IMG/VR virus record: IMGVR_UViG_3300013121_000008
Location: 64,001-128,000 of that record
Length of the DNA stretch: 64,000 nucleotides
From: a virus
Lineage: Duplodnaviria; Heunggongvirae; Uroviricota; Caudoviricetes
Reading direction: 5' to 3' (one strand)
Part shown: one piece after another, positions 1 to 9,700 of the stretch
How the letters are laid out: each line of letters starts with the position of its first letter
How positions within the stretch are numbered: position 1 is the stretch's first letter
The notes under the pieces: model-generated
What the model saw: only the letters and a program-made list of their open reading frames with translations
Told to the model about the DNA's origin: nothing
Database searches by the model: none
Translations under genes and position numbers: made by a program

Positions 1-2
1 TG

Positions 3-794
3 TACGATGCAGAGAGAAATCCCGTTAATTCTGGTTCCGTGACATTAGATTCATTGGTAACTCTTTCAATAAGCATCCACGAAGCTAAAAGCCCCGTAAG
101 AAGCGTAGGCAAAAAAAATGTTTCCGGTTATAGTTCCAGTGCAAGAACTATAGCCGGTTCTATTATTTTTAATATCATCAACGAGCATCCATTAAAGAAA
201 CTACTGGATGAATATAAAGCTCTATATGAACAAATTCCTAGATGGTCTGATTCTAGAGACTTTAAATTGAGTAATTTCACAAAAGAATATGAGAATATTC
301 AATATCCTACTACTCTTCCTCCTTTTAATATAAAAATATTTGGTATTACAGAAATACAAAATACGAAATATGGTTTTAATGGAAGTTCAGACTATCTTTT
401 AGGTCGAGATAATTATACTGATCCAATTAGTTTACCATTTCTAAATGCTTTGATTACTGGTGTTGAGTTTACTGGAAAAAGTTCAACCATAAGTGTTAAT
501 AATATTTTAACTGAAGATGTTTATGAGTTTGTGGCTTTAGATTTTCAAGATTTCTATCTCAATTATGGAGATGTTCCTATTTCGGAATCTGCCCAGGAAA
601 ATCTTATTTATGAGAAAATGTTTCCAGATGATGAAGATACTGTTGACCCCAATATATTAAAAGAACTTAACATGACAAAAGTATCTCCTCCTCAAAAGGT
701 ATTTAATAATAGTTCCTCTTCTAAATACTCTTTAGATGGAAACGATACTTTCTTTACTCAATCTTCAACCGGAAGAAAACACTTAGCTAAATAA
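3..794 (+). CDS. Virion structural protein, tail-tube-like (5'-truncated by the window edge)
   Basis: The frame is open from position 3 (YDAERNPVNSGSVTLD...). The segment SISIHEAKSPVRSVG...RTIAGSIIF resembles tube-type proteins of large myophages, and the gene lies upstream of chaperone-like and giant tail genes. Confidence 0.45.
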   Translation, partial: YDAERNPVNSGSVTLDSLVTLSISIHEAKSPVRSVGKKNVSGYSSSARTIAGSIIFNIINEHPLKKLLDEYKALYEQIPRWSDSRDFKLSNFTKEYENIQYPTTLPPFNIKIFGITEIQNTKYGFNGSSDYLLGRDNYTDPISLPFLNALITGVEFTGKSSTISVNNILTEDVYEFVALDFQDFYLNYGDVPISESAQENLIYEKMFPDDEDTVDPNILKELNMTKVSPPQKVFNNSSSSKYSLDGNDTFFTQSSTGRKHLAK

Positions 795-796
795 TT

Positions 797-1420
797 ATGA
801 AATTTATACCAAATCAAATATATAACTATCATTCTGGCGCGAATACAAGAATAAAACTATTCCATACAAATCAATCAGATAGAAAAGTTTTACTTGGGGA
901 AGTCGCCGCGCTAACTTGGAAGTTAACCCAAAACAGACTGCCTTTATATGGTTATAATGCACCAGAGTTTTCTGCTGTCGCTCACGGTCAAATTATAGTT
1001 ATAGGTAATTTAATACTAAATTATGTATCCCATGAATACCTTTTAGCCGCAATTCGTTCTTCGAATTTAACAGCCTCTGAAGAATCATCTTATAATAATC
1101 TATCTTCTGAAGAATTGGCGTACATGTATCAGACTTCTAACGATTCTGAGGCGGTAAGGGCTCTTAAAGAACGTTATTTTCGTAGTTCTTCTACTATTCA
1201 ACAAAGTCAATTTAATTCAGATTTAAGATATAATTTTGGAAGACCAGATCAACATACTAAAAGTTTAGATATAGAATTATCCTTCGGAGATACTAATTCT
1301 TCAAATTCTACTTTACATGTTATCAAACATGTTTATTTTAACTCCAGAGCCCTATCTGTTATGGCCTCGGAAGATAATATAAAAGAATCTCTAGAATTTA
1401 TAGCTAGGAGTGTAATCTAA
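797..1420 (+). CDS. Virion structural protein, second tail-tube-like paralog
   Basis: YHSGANTRI...LTWKLTQNRLPLYGYNAPEFSAVAHGQIIVIGNLILNY is a beta-rich tube-like pattern; tail-module position. Confidence 0.45.
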   Translation: MKFIPNQIYNYHSGANTRIKLFHTNQSDRKVLLGEVAALTWKLTQNRLPLYGYNAPEFSAVAHGQIIVIGNLILNYVSHEYLLAAIRSSNLTASEESSYNNLSSEELAYMYQTSNDSEAVRALKERYFRSSSTIQQSQFNSDLRYNFGRPDQHTKSLDIELSFGDTNSSNSTLHVIKHVYFNSRALSVMASEDNIKESLEFIARSVI

Positions 1421-2217
1421 TGAAAAGACTTGGTGATGGTAATGTTTTATTTGGAAGTGAAGTTTCTGATCAAGGACGTAAAGCCTTAGAGAAAGTTCCA
1501 AATGCACAACAGATATTTGAGAATATGGAAGATTTAAATTCAGAAATAAAAGATTCTGTAAATCTATGGGGGGTTGAGGAAGATTATGAGGGACCACTTA
1601 AAGAGCCGTTAAAAGTTGAGTCTAAGCCTGCTATCCAAACAAAAAGAACTCTAACTCCCTCCAAAAAAGCAAAACCACAAAATAAAGTTATATCTGTAAC
1701 TAAAGAACAAAAAAGACAAATGGAAAAAATGGAAGACAATAGTTTAGAAAATGAATTAGATGATTTATTGCTCGGCGTTTCTGAAACCGAAGAACAAATA
1801 AATAACAAACAAGTTGAAACTAAAGAAGACCCTAGAGCGTATATTCAATCATTACTTGACAAGCTTGGTGGCCCAAGTGCTAAAGATTTAGCAAACCTAG
1901 AAAATCAATATGGTAAAAATAATATACATATTACAGTATTTTCAGAAACTGAAATATACATATATACCCATTTAACAAGATCAATGTGGATGAAATCTCA
2001 AGAAGCTTTAGAAAAGTTAAAAGATCAACGTCAGTCTGTTGCGGAAGAAGAATTGAAAGAAATAGTCGTTAGACACTGTATGATTTGGCCTAAATTAAGT
2101 TTAGAGTGGAAACATAATTCGAGAGCCGGTATTGTTGGTTCTTTGTTTGACTCTATTTGGTATAATTCTTATTTCTTTACGCCTCAACAGGTAAGTACCA
2201 TAACCTATACTTTATAA
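1420..2217 (+). CDS. Putative tail assembly chaperone
   Basis: Charged low-complexity N-terminus and C-terminal CMIWP...AGIVGSLFDSI motif; sits between tube-like genes and giant tail genes. Confidence 0.4.
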   Translation: MKRLGDGNVLFGSEVSDQGRKALEKVPNAQQIFENMEDLNSEIKDSVNLWGVEEDYEGPLKEPLKVESKPAIQTKRTLTPSKKAKPQNKVISVTKEQKRQMEKMEDNSLENELDDLLLGVSETEEQINNKQVETKEDPRAYIQSLLDKLGGPSAKDLANLENQYGKNNIHITVFSETEIYIYTHLTRSMWMKSQEALEKLKDQRQSVAEEELKEIVVRHCMIWPKLSLEWKHNSRAGIVGSLFDSIWYNSYFFTPQQVSTITYTL

Positions 2218-2218
2218 T

Positions 2219-2884
2219 ATGAAAATAAACTTCTCAAAAAATAATGAGAAGCCTACACATATAGCTGTATTTCCCGATGGCACAGAGATAAGTTTTTGTC
2301 TTCTTACCTTAGAGGAATACAGCTTTTTGGCTTCTTATAAAGAAATTAAAAAACTTGACGATATTTCTTTTTACGAAGAAGTATACAATGTCTGCGTTCC
2401 TAATCTCTACAAAAGATTAGGTGGACAGATAAAAGCTGGCATTCCTTATTCTATTGGTCAATTTATTTGGACTCAATCTTATTCTTATGATAACTTAATA
2501 GAAGAACTTGATCGGGCTAGAAATAACTATGATCCTTCTAATATATATGAATACATGAAAAGTTTGATTATTGTTACTTATAATAATTATAAGTATGAAG
2601 ATTTTGACAAATTGAATAGATTACAAATAATCGATTTGTTTGTAAGAGCGGAAGCACTTGCCCAACAAAAGAATAAAGATTATAAACCCCTTAATCTGAA
2701 GAAAGAATTAAGAAAACAACAAAGAAAAGAATCTGGAATTGATTTTGAAAGAGACAATAGAGAGATAGCTAAAGAGTTTAGAAATAACGGTCAAGATCAG
2801 CTTAATAGTATGGACTTGGTTAGAATCAGAGAGGCTGCCCAGGTAAGACATAACAATAGAATGGAAAGAATGAGAAATGGCTAG
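2219..2884 (+). CDS. Hypothetical protein, possible second tail chaperone
   Basis: Intact 221-aa helical/charged ORF directly before the 1281-aa gene. Confidence 0.3.
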   Translation: MKINFSKNNEKPTHIAVFPDGTEISFCLLTLEEYSFLASYKEIKKLDDISFYEEVYNVCVPNLYKRLGGQIKAGIPYSIGQFIWTQSYSYDNLIEELDRARNNYDPSNIYEYMKSLIIVTYNNYKYEDFDKLNRLQIIDLFVRAEALAQQKNKDYKPLNLKKELRKQQRKESGIDFERDNREIAKEFRNNGQDQLNSMDLVRIREAAQVRHNNRMERMRNG

Positions 2885-5800
2885 TTTTAATCTCGGCACA
2901 AATAATCCTTACTGGAGTAATACTCAACCAGAAAGAGAAAGTAAATTTCTTCCTGGAGCGGCAGGGATTTTGGGTGCCGGAGCTTTTCTTGGAGCGGGCT
3001 TTATTCCTTATGGAAACGGCAATGTTTTCGATATTTATTATAAGGTAGGTAGAGTTGCTGCCCATTCTTTTCCTATGGGTTTATTGGCATCTGTTCGATT
3101 TCCAGAGGCCATTAGCCCATTCATTAGTAGAAGTTTTCAATCTAATAACTTAGGATATGTAGATTTTGGATCGGAGTTTCTCAACTCTCCCCAAAGTTTA
3201 GCTTGGTTATCTAACGTAACAGGACAGTCAGAAGCTCAGTTAGCTAGTCTAGGAGTTGGCTCTGGATCCTCTTTAAGATTCACCAGACATACTGGATTTA
3301 GAGGAATATTTGGTGGAGGTAGATTATCTTTAATCTCTTCTGGAGGTCAATCTGTAAACGTGTCCGATAACATAATGTTATTAGAAAGACAATTAACCTC
3401 CAACGAATACTTTTCAATTAATAGAAATATTAATCAATTCGCTGAAGCTGCCGCCTCAGTAGTAAACGAAAATCTTGATATGAGACAGGCTTTCGTTAGC
3501 AGCCAAAATTCAGACTTAGCTCATAAATATATTCCTTTTCCTTCTTTAACTGGAAGCAATAGATTTTCTTATATTAGAGGTATATTTGCTTTTGAAGCTC
3601 AAAGATTAAACAGGGCTACAGAAACTATAGTAGAAAATATTCCAATTTTAGGCGAAATAATAAAGCCTTATCTTAATACTGAAGGTCTTTTGATCAAGAA
3701 CGGACCTGCCTTAAAAATGTATGCCAGAACACTTGGTCTTACAGGAAAAATAGCAGCGGCTGGTTTGGCTGTTTCTCAATACGATTATTTCATGAGATAC
3801 AAATCAGATAATGCTGCTCTCAAAGAAGCTGGTTATTTATTTTCTTCGGCTGCTGTTGGTTATGGTTTCTTAAGACATTTTAATAAAGTTGCTTCGCCAA
3901 CCTTAAGAAACAAAGCAGGAGCAATTGGTCTTGGTGCCGCAGCTATTTCATATTTAGGACAAAATGTTCTTTCTGGATTTGATAAGGGCTTAGTCGCCGG
4001 TGTCACAAAAACCGCTAGTAATTTAAGTATTTTTAGTTCCGAAATAGGTGAATTTATTGGAGCCTCTGATTTCAGAAGAGAAATAGAAGATGTTTTTCCC
4101 GGCTTTAGTGATGTTACGACTAGTGTTTATTTTGGTTTGGGTACTTTAGGATTATATTCTTTAAGACATCGATCAGAAAATAGATACGTAAAATTTGCCC
4201 AACATATGTCTGCTGAATTAGATAGAGGCGGATTCACTGGAATTAATAGAGCTAAACAAGCTTTAACTAATTTAGATTTACACTATAGATCATGGGAAAA
4301 AGTTGGAGCCAACCTTAGTCCAACAGACGACTTAGATGCTTATAGAGCTATGATTGCCAATGGAGTTTCATTCAAGAATAATGCTCCTGGTAAATTGCTA
4401 AATGAAGCCTTTGAACAAACTTGGCAGGGATACAAGACTAGTGGAGCGGGTGTCTTTATGCGTCTGAAAGGTTTATTTAGTCATTTTTCTTCTTCTTCTT
4501 ATTCTGAGTTTAGAGGCTTTAAGGGAGCGTATGTAGCCTTTGGTTTAGGTTATATGGTTCATGCTCTTGCAACTAGAAGAGTATTTGGTACAGTTGAAAC
4601 TCCAGAACAATTAAGAAAACAGGCCGAAGGAAAAGAATTAATCCCTGTTAGAAAGTCTCGTTTTTGGGGTATGGGTGGTACCCCATATGAAGGCGGTAAG
4701 ATATCTTATTATAAGCCATCTCTAACTGCTACTATTATGTCTGATTCTGAAAATTACGCTAAATGGGGAGAAGATGTTAAAAGATATTCTCCTATTACTA
4801 GATGGTTCTTAGAAAACTTTTCTTATACATTAGAGGAAAAGAATTTCTACGATAGACCGTATCCAATAACATCTCCTGGTTTTGCTAATACTCCATTTTT
4901 TGGTGATTTTTTAGGGGCCACTATAGGTTCCTTAGTTAAACCACAAAAAACAATGCACGTTAACGAATGGCAAAGAATTACTGATACTTTAGAAACAGAA
5001 TATCTAAATGTTCCAAAGAAATTAGATTCAAACCCTTCTATGAGGTTAGGAGGAACTGGTATTAGAACTCCTATAAACCCTTATGATATAAGAGAAGTTT
5101 ACGGAGAAGTTCAATATAAACTAAGAGAAGCTTCTGGTTTGATTGGTTTTATTCAAAATCAATTCCAAAAGACATTTACTGGTTCGGAAACTTATTCAAC
5201 AGATAGACAATACCTTGCTGAGTCTGGAGCTATGTATGACTTAGCTAAAAGTTTTTGGAATTTAGAAATAGGTGGTGCCGCCACTTTGTCTGAAATTCCA
5301 AGACGTTTCCTTCCAAAAGAAAGAGAACAAGCCAGAAATAGATACAACCCTATTCGCAATACAATGCCTTCCTGGCTTCCTGAAGAGTTCAAGAGGGGTG
5401 ACCCTTATACGTCTATCCAGAGTGGCTTTGCAAGGCTCCCAGGCGCCGGATTCGCTGCTCTGCATCCAGAACTGAAAGGTATTGCACCAGAAGATTATCC
5501 TTTATTCTCTAGATATCAAATCTTAGCAAACGTAGCTCCTTATTCTGATGAATATAGAAAAGCTAAAATAAATGTTATGTCTATGAGAAAGAAAGGCCAA
5601 TTAACTGTTGAGCAAGCAGAAGAAGTTGAAACTATAGAAAAACAATTGGCTGCCCAAAGGATTAGAAGAAACTATTTTATAGAATCTAAAGAGCAACAAG
5701 AGCAGCCCGTTATTAAAAGAAAATTAAGAGACTCTTATCTGCATTTCATAGATATGGTTAAAAATATTTCTGCTCCAGTAGAGTATTTGACCTTTGGTGG

Positions 5801-6722
5801 TTTTAGACCTTCTCAAAAATATTTACCAGTTACATCGGCTCTTAGCGATTATGAAAGGTATGCCATCTATGGCTCTGAGACTTCCTTTTGGGATTTATCA
5901 AGATCATGGAGAGATTATTTAGGTCCTGCTTTTTATAGCACTATAAAATTATTAGGTTATAAAGGTGTCCCTGGCGAACTAAGAGAAAGAAGAGATATAG
6001 ATGAGTATTTTGATAAATTAAAATATTATAAGTATATGAAGTTGCATCAAGAAGCCAAAAATAATGGCAACTATGAAGATGCTGCAAGTTACAAGAAAAT
6101 GGCTTCTAAAACCGTTTATGGTGTTAATCCATACGCTCATCCTCTTTCGATCTACTCTGCTTTACCTCAAGCAGAAAAAGATAGATTTGATGGATTCTTA
6201 GCGATAAAAGATCCTAAAGATAGAAAGAGATTATTAGAAATATTACCGGATAATCAAAAACAAATATTTGAAGTTTTATGGAGCAGACAAGACAAAGAGA
6301 AAGGAAGAATAAACGTTCTTTCTGATTCAGAGAAGATGAGTGAATTAGAATTATATTTTTCTAAAAAAGGATTACCAAGAGAAGATTTCATAGGATGGAA
6401 TGCAGAAGTAGATTTAAACGATGTCAAACTAAAATATATTAAGTCTTTAAATTATAGTATTTTTGATTTTGGTTTCTGGCCTAACGATGAAAAACTCATT
6501 GAAAGAAAGCCCTATCTAGAAGGCGCAGAAGAATATCTTGTTCCTCAAAATAGAGTTTATAGAAATGCTGTAAATAAAATTTATAATAATTTGCATATAA
6601 AACATAGATCTATTATAATAGAGAATCATGGATCAATGGCTCCAGGTAAAACTGTAGTTAATATGAACGATAATAGAGAAGGCGAAATCCGTAAACAATA
6701 TCGACTTTGGAATGAGAATTAA
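2877..6722 (+). CDS. Large virion protein (tape-measure/ejection-like) with several Gly/Ala-rich hydrophobic segments
   Basis: 1281 aa at the tape-measure position. Hydrophobic stretches include GAAGILGAGAFLGAGFIP, AGAIGLGAAAISYLG, VYFGLGTLGLYSL and AYVAFGLGYMVHAL. Confidence 0.5.
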   Translation: MASFNLGTNNPYWSNTQPERESKFLPGAAGILGAGAFLGAGFIPYGNGNVFDIYYKVGRVAAHSFPMGLLASVRFPEAISPFISRSFQSNNLGYVDFGSEFLNSPQSLAWLSNVTGQSEAQLASLGVGSGSSLRFTRHTGFRGIFGGGRLSLISSGGQSVNVSDNIMLLERQLTSNEYFSINRNINQFAEAAASVVNENLDMRQAFVSSQNSDLAHKYIPFPSLTGSNRFSYIRGIFAFEAQRLNRATETIVENIPILGEIIKPYLNTEGLLIKNGPALKMYARTLGLTGKIAAAGLAVSQYDYFMRYKSDNAALKEAGYLFSSAAVGYGFLRHFNKVASPTLRNKAGAIGLGAAAISYLGQNVLSGFDKGLVAGVTKTASNLSIFSSEIGEFIGASDFRREIEDVFPGFSDVTTSVYFGLGTLGLYSLRHRSENRYVKFAQHMSAELDRGGFTGINRAKQALTNLDLHYRSWEKVGANLSPTDDLDAYRAMIANGVSFKNNAPGKLLNEAFEQTWQGYKTSGAGVFMRLKGLFSHFSSSSYSEFRGFKGAYVAFGLGYMVHALATRRVFGTVETPEQLRKQAEGKELIPVRKSRFWGMGGTPYEGGKISYYKPSLTATIMSDSENYAKWGEDVKRYSPITRWFLENFSYTLEEKNFYDRPYPITSPGFANTPFFGDFLGATIGSLVKPQKTMHVNEWQRITDTLETEYLNVPKKLDSNPSMRLGGTGIRTPINPYDIREVYGEVQYKLREASGLIGFIQNQFQKTFTGSETYSTDRQYLAESGAMYDLAKSFWNLEIGGAATLSEIPRRFLPKEREQARNRYNPIRNTMPSWLPEEFKRGDPYTSIQSGFARLPGAGFAALHPELKGIAPEDYPLFSRYQILANVAPYSDEYRKAKINVMSMRKKGQLTVEQAEEVETIEKQLAAQRIRRNYFIESKEQQEQPVIKRKLRDSYLHFIDMVKNISAPVEYLTFGGFRPSQKYLPVTSALSDYERYAIYGSETSFWDLSRSWRDYLGPAFYSTIKLLGYKGVPGELRERRDIDEYFDKLKYYKYMKLHQEAKNNGNYEDAASYKKMASKTVYGVNPYAHPLSIYSALPQAEKDRFDGFLAIKDPKDRKRLLEILPDNQKQIFEVLWSRQDKEKGRINVLSDSEKMSELELYFSKKGLPREDFIGWNAEVDLNDVKLKYIKSLNYSIFDFGFWPNDEKLIERKPYLEGAEEYLVPQNRVYRNAVNKIYNNLHIKHRSIIIENHGSMAPGKTVVNMNDNREGEIRKQYRLWNEN

Positions 6723-9700
6723 TGGAAGAGAATAAAAAATCTAGAGGATTTGGCGTTTCAGCTTTAATAGCTTCTCCTTTAGCAATAGGATTAGGAATTG
6801 GAACAAAAGGTTTCTTGGGTGGAGGTTTATCAGCCAACAGACCTAATCCGTCTCCTTTTACTGGTGGTATTCCTGATAGATTAGAAATGATTGGACGTTC
6901 TACCGGAGAAAGTACAAATCAAATAATTGCTAAAGCATTAAATCAATCTAAAAAGAATGTTGCGGCTTTAGATTCGTTTATAAATTCTAAAAGATTTGAA
7001 GAAATGGCTTTCAAACCGGGGCCACAAAGAAATGCTGTCATAGCTGCTTATAAATCTATATTAAATTCTCCTTATCTTGGGTTAACAGAAGACGAGATAG
7101 CTCAAGAAACTGGTGATATTTTAACTGCTTCGTCAACAATGAAAGAACAAGAGTTCGTAGATATGATGAAGGAAAGAATTAATAAAAAAGCTTTAGAATT
7201 TGGTCCAGAAAGAAAAGAAGAATTCTTGAAAGACTTTGTTTCTGAAATTAAATCTCAATTAAAGTTTGAGAAGTTTGCTGTTCAAAGTCCTATGAATTTG
7301 CCGAGCGACACGATTAACTCTAACTTTAAAATAAATACAAAACAAATTAGTTTGTCTGAAATCAATAGTGATTATTCAGAAAGCGGAATGAGGGCAAAGA
7401 AAAATCTAAGCGCCCTGCAAGAAGTTATTAATAATAACTTATCGGGGAACACACATAGAAACTTATCGGTTTATGAAGTATTTGATCAAGGCATTGGTAC
7501 AAAAGCCTATATGGCTAGAGTTCAAGTTGGTAGTGCTTCTTTCGACATTCCATTACTCGCCGGTAGAACTATACTGAGTTCTGATGATAAAATTTTGCCA
7601 TTAAATACAACTGGTGGATTTATATTTAGAGGATATAAAAATAGAGATGGAGTTGTTAACTATTCTTCTAGATTCGGAGGAGCTAGTTATCTTACTTCCT
7701 TTGAGGGCGCCCCTCAAGCAATAGAAAACTATTTCATACAAGCCCTTGGCAAGAGTCTTAGAACTTTAAATTCTGCTAGCCCATTTCAACATAGAGCAAT
7801 AGAAGAAGATTTCTATAACGCTACGTTTAATAGAAACCAATTGGTTGCTCCAGTATTTAGTAGAGCACAAAGATCTAATTTAGTTTTATCTGTATTTAGA
7901 GTTATAAATTCAATAGATAAATTTGTGCCTGGCTCAAGAATGCATGAAATTAAATTAGCTTCTAATAAATATGTAAAGACGGATGATGTTGGTTATTCGC
8001 AACTTTCTACTGGTGAAAGATTTTTAGTCAATGCTCCAACAATAGAAACTAGTTCTCCATACTATAAGCCTGGGGATTTAGATTTAAAGTCTAGGTCTTC
8101 TTCTTTAAGAAAGACAAATACAATTCTTGAGTCTGTTAGAGCTATTAATCCTATTTGGTCAAATAGATCTAATATATTTTTTAGTTCTGGAGATAATTTA
8201 ACCAGAGAGCTTAATACTTTAAATAAAGAAGCAAGAACTAATAGATTAGTCTTTTATCAATTCGAAGAGGACAGTTATTTATCCAGATATAATTTGGACC
8301 TTGGTGCTTATTTGGGCAGAACTATGAGATATAGAACAAATCCCTCTTCTATAAAAGATATAGATTTAACTGGTAACACTAAATTATTAGACTATATAAT
8401 GAAAAATTATGATCCAGAAACTAATCAAGTTTTTCTAACTAGAAAACAATTAATGGAAAACCAAGGTGTTTTAGGTAGACATGTTGGCGGTGCCGTAGCT
8501 ACTTTACCTACGGATCAAGATTTAGATGGCTTATTGGTGACCTTAAGAAATAGTAAGCATAAAGATGCTATATCTCTTTCCTATCAAGTATCAAGAAAAT
8601 CTGGCAGATTTTCAAAGGTCAGAAGTCTTTCTTTGAAGGGCCAAGTCGTTAGAACCAATAAAAATAGATTAATGAGAGAAGCAAGAAGGGCTTTCGGTAT
8701 GTTGGCTAATGATTTCGATTCCTATGGTTTTGATCCTGAGAATATTATTGTCTCCGATACTGATCAAATTTTTAGAGAGAAGTTAGCCCTTAAAAATCAA
8801 ATGGTTTCTGCTTATGCCGATATGTTGAGCAGAAAATCAAAAGATCCTATGGGCGCCCAATATCAAGTGGAAAATTTTATAAACAATGTTGGTAAAAATA
8901 ATTTAGAGCCAGATGATATAGCAAAAACAATCATAAGAGAGATGAAAAAAAATAATTTCTCTAATGCAGAAATATCTGCTGTAGTTGCTGGTCAAGTTAG
9001 ACTTTCAGTAAAAGGCGGAAAACAATATACTGATTTTCTTGATGATCCAAATGATGTTTTGGCTAATGTTTTAAAAAACGCTAAAGGGTTTTATGGAATC
9101 GATACACTTTCATTAGATACTTCTACTACCTTACAAGGTGGTGGTCGTTTAGCTTCCGTTGAAAGAAGAACATTACATGCTCTTGTACAGAATCTAAAAA
9201 GTTCTGGAGTATCTGATTCTGATACTAATAAAGTTTTAGCTGACGTTTTATCGAGAACTGGCTTTAGAAAAAACTGGCAGAATCTTTTAACTAATCAAAC
9301 TTTTCTTACTTCTGCTATGAGCTTTGAAGGTAAAGTGAGTTTAAAAGATTTGGAATCGTTATCTTTAAGATATGATTTACCTTTTACTAGAGGTTCTACA
9401 TCGTTTTCTTTGTTAAGCGATAATATAAGAAGAGGTAAATATTCTGATCCTGGCGATTACATGAGTATATTAAAGAAAAATACTATATTTGAATTAAAGT
9501 TCGATACACAAGCCTCTATTGAGGCCGCTAGAAATGTCTTTGGAAGAGAAAGTATTTTACTTCCTGGCTTCAAAGGGTCTCCCGCATTAAATAGAATATT
9601 GTCAAAAACAAATGGACAAAAAGTAAATCTTGGGTCAGAGTATGAACAAATTATTATGAGAATAATGAAAATGTCTAAAAAAGACATTAAAGGTAATGCT

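Noticed and set aside
2161-2230. Programmed frameshift joining the two chaperone-like ORFs (lambda G/GT style)
   Set aside because: No XXXYYYZ slippery heptamer is present, the downstream frame has an in-frame TAA at 2201, and the gene has its own ATG at 2219.
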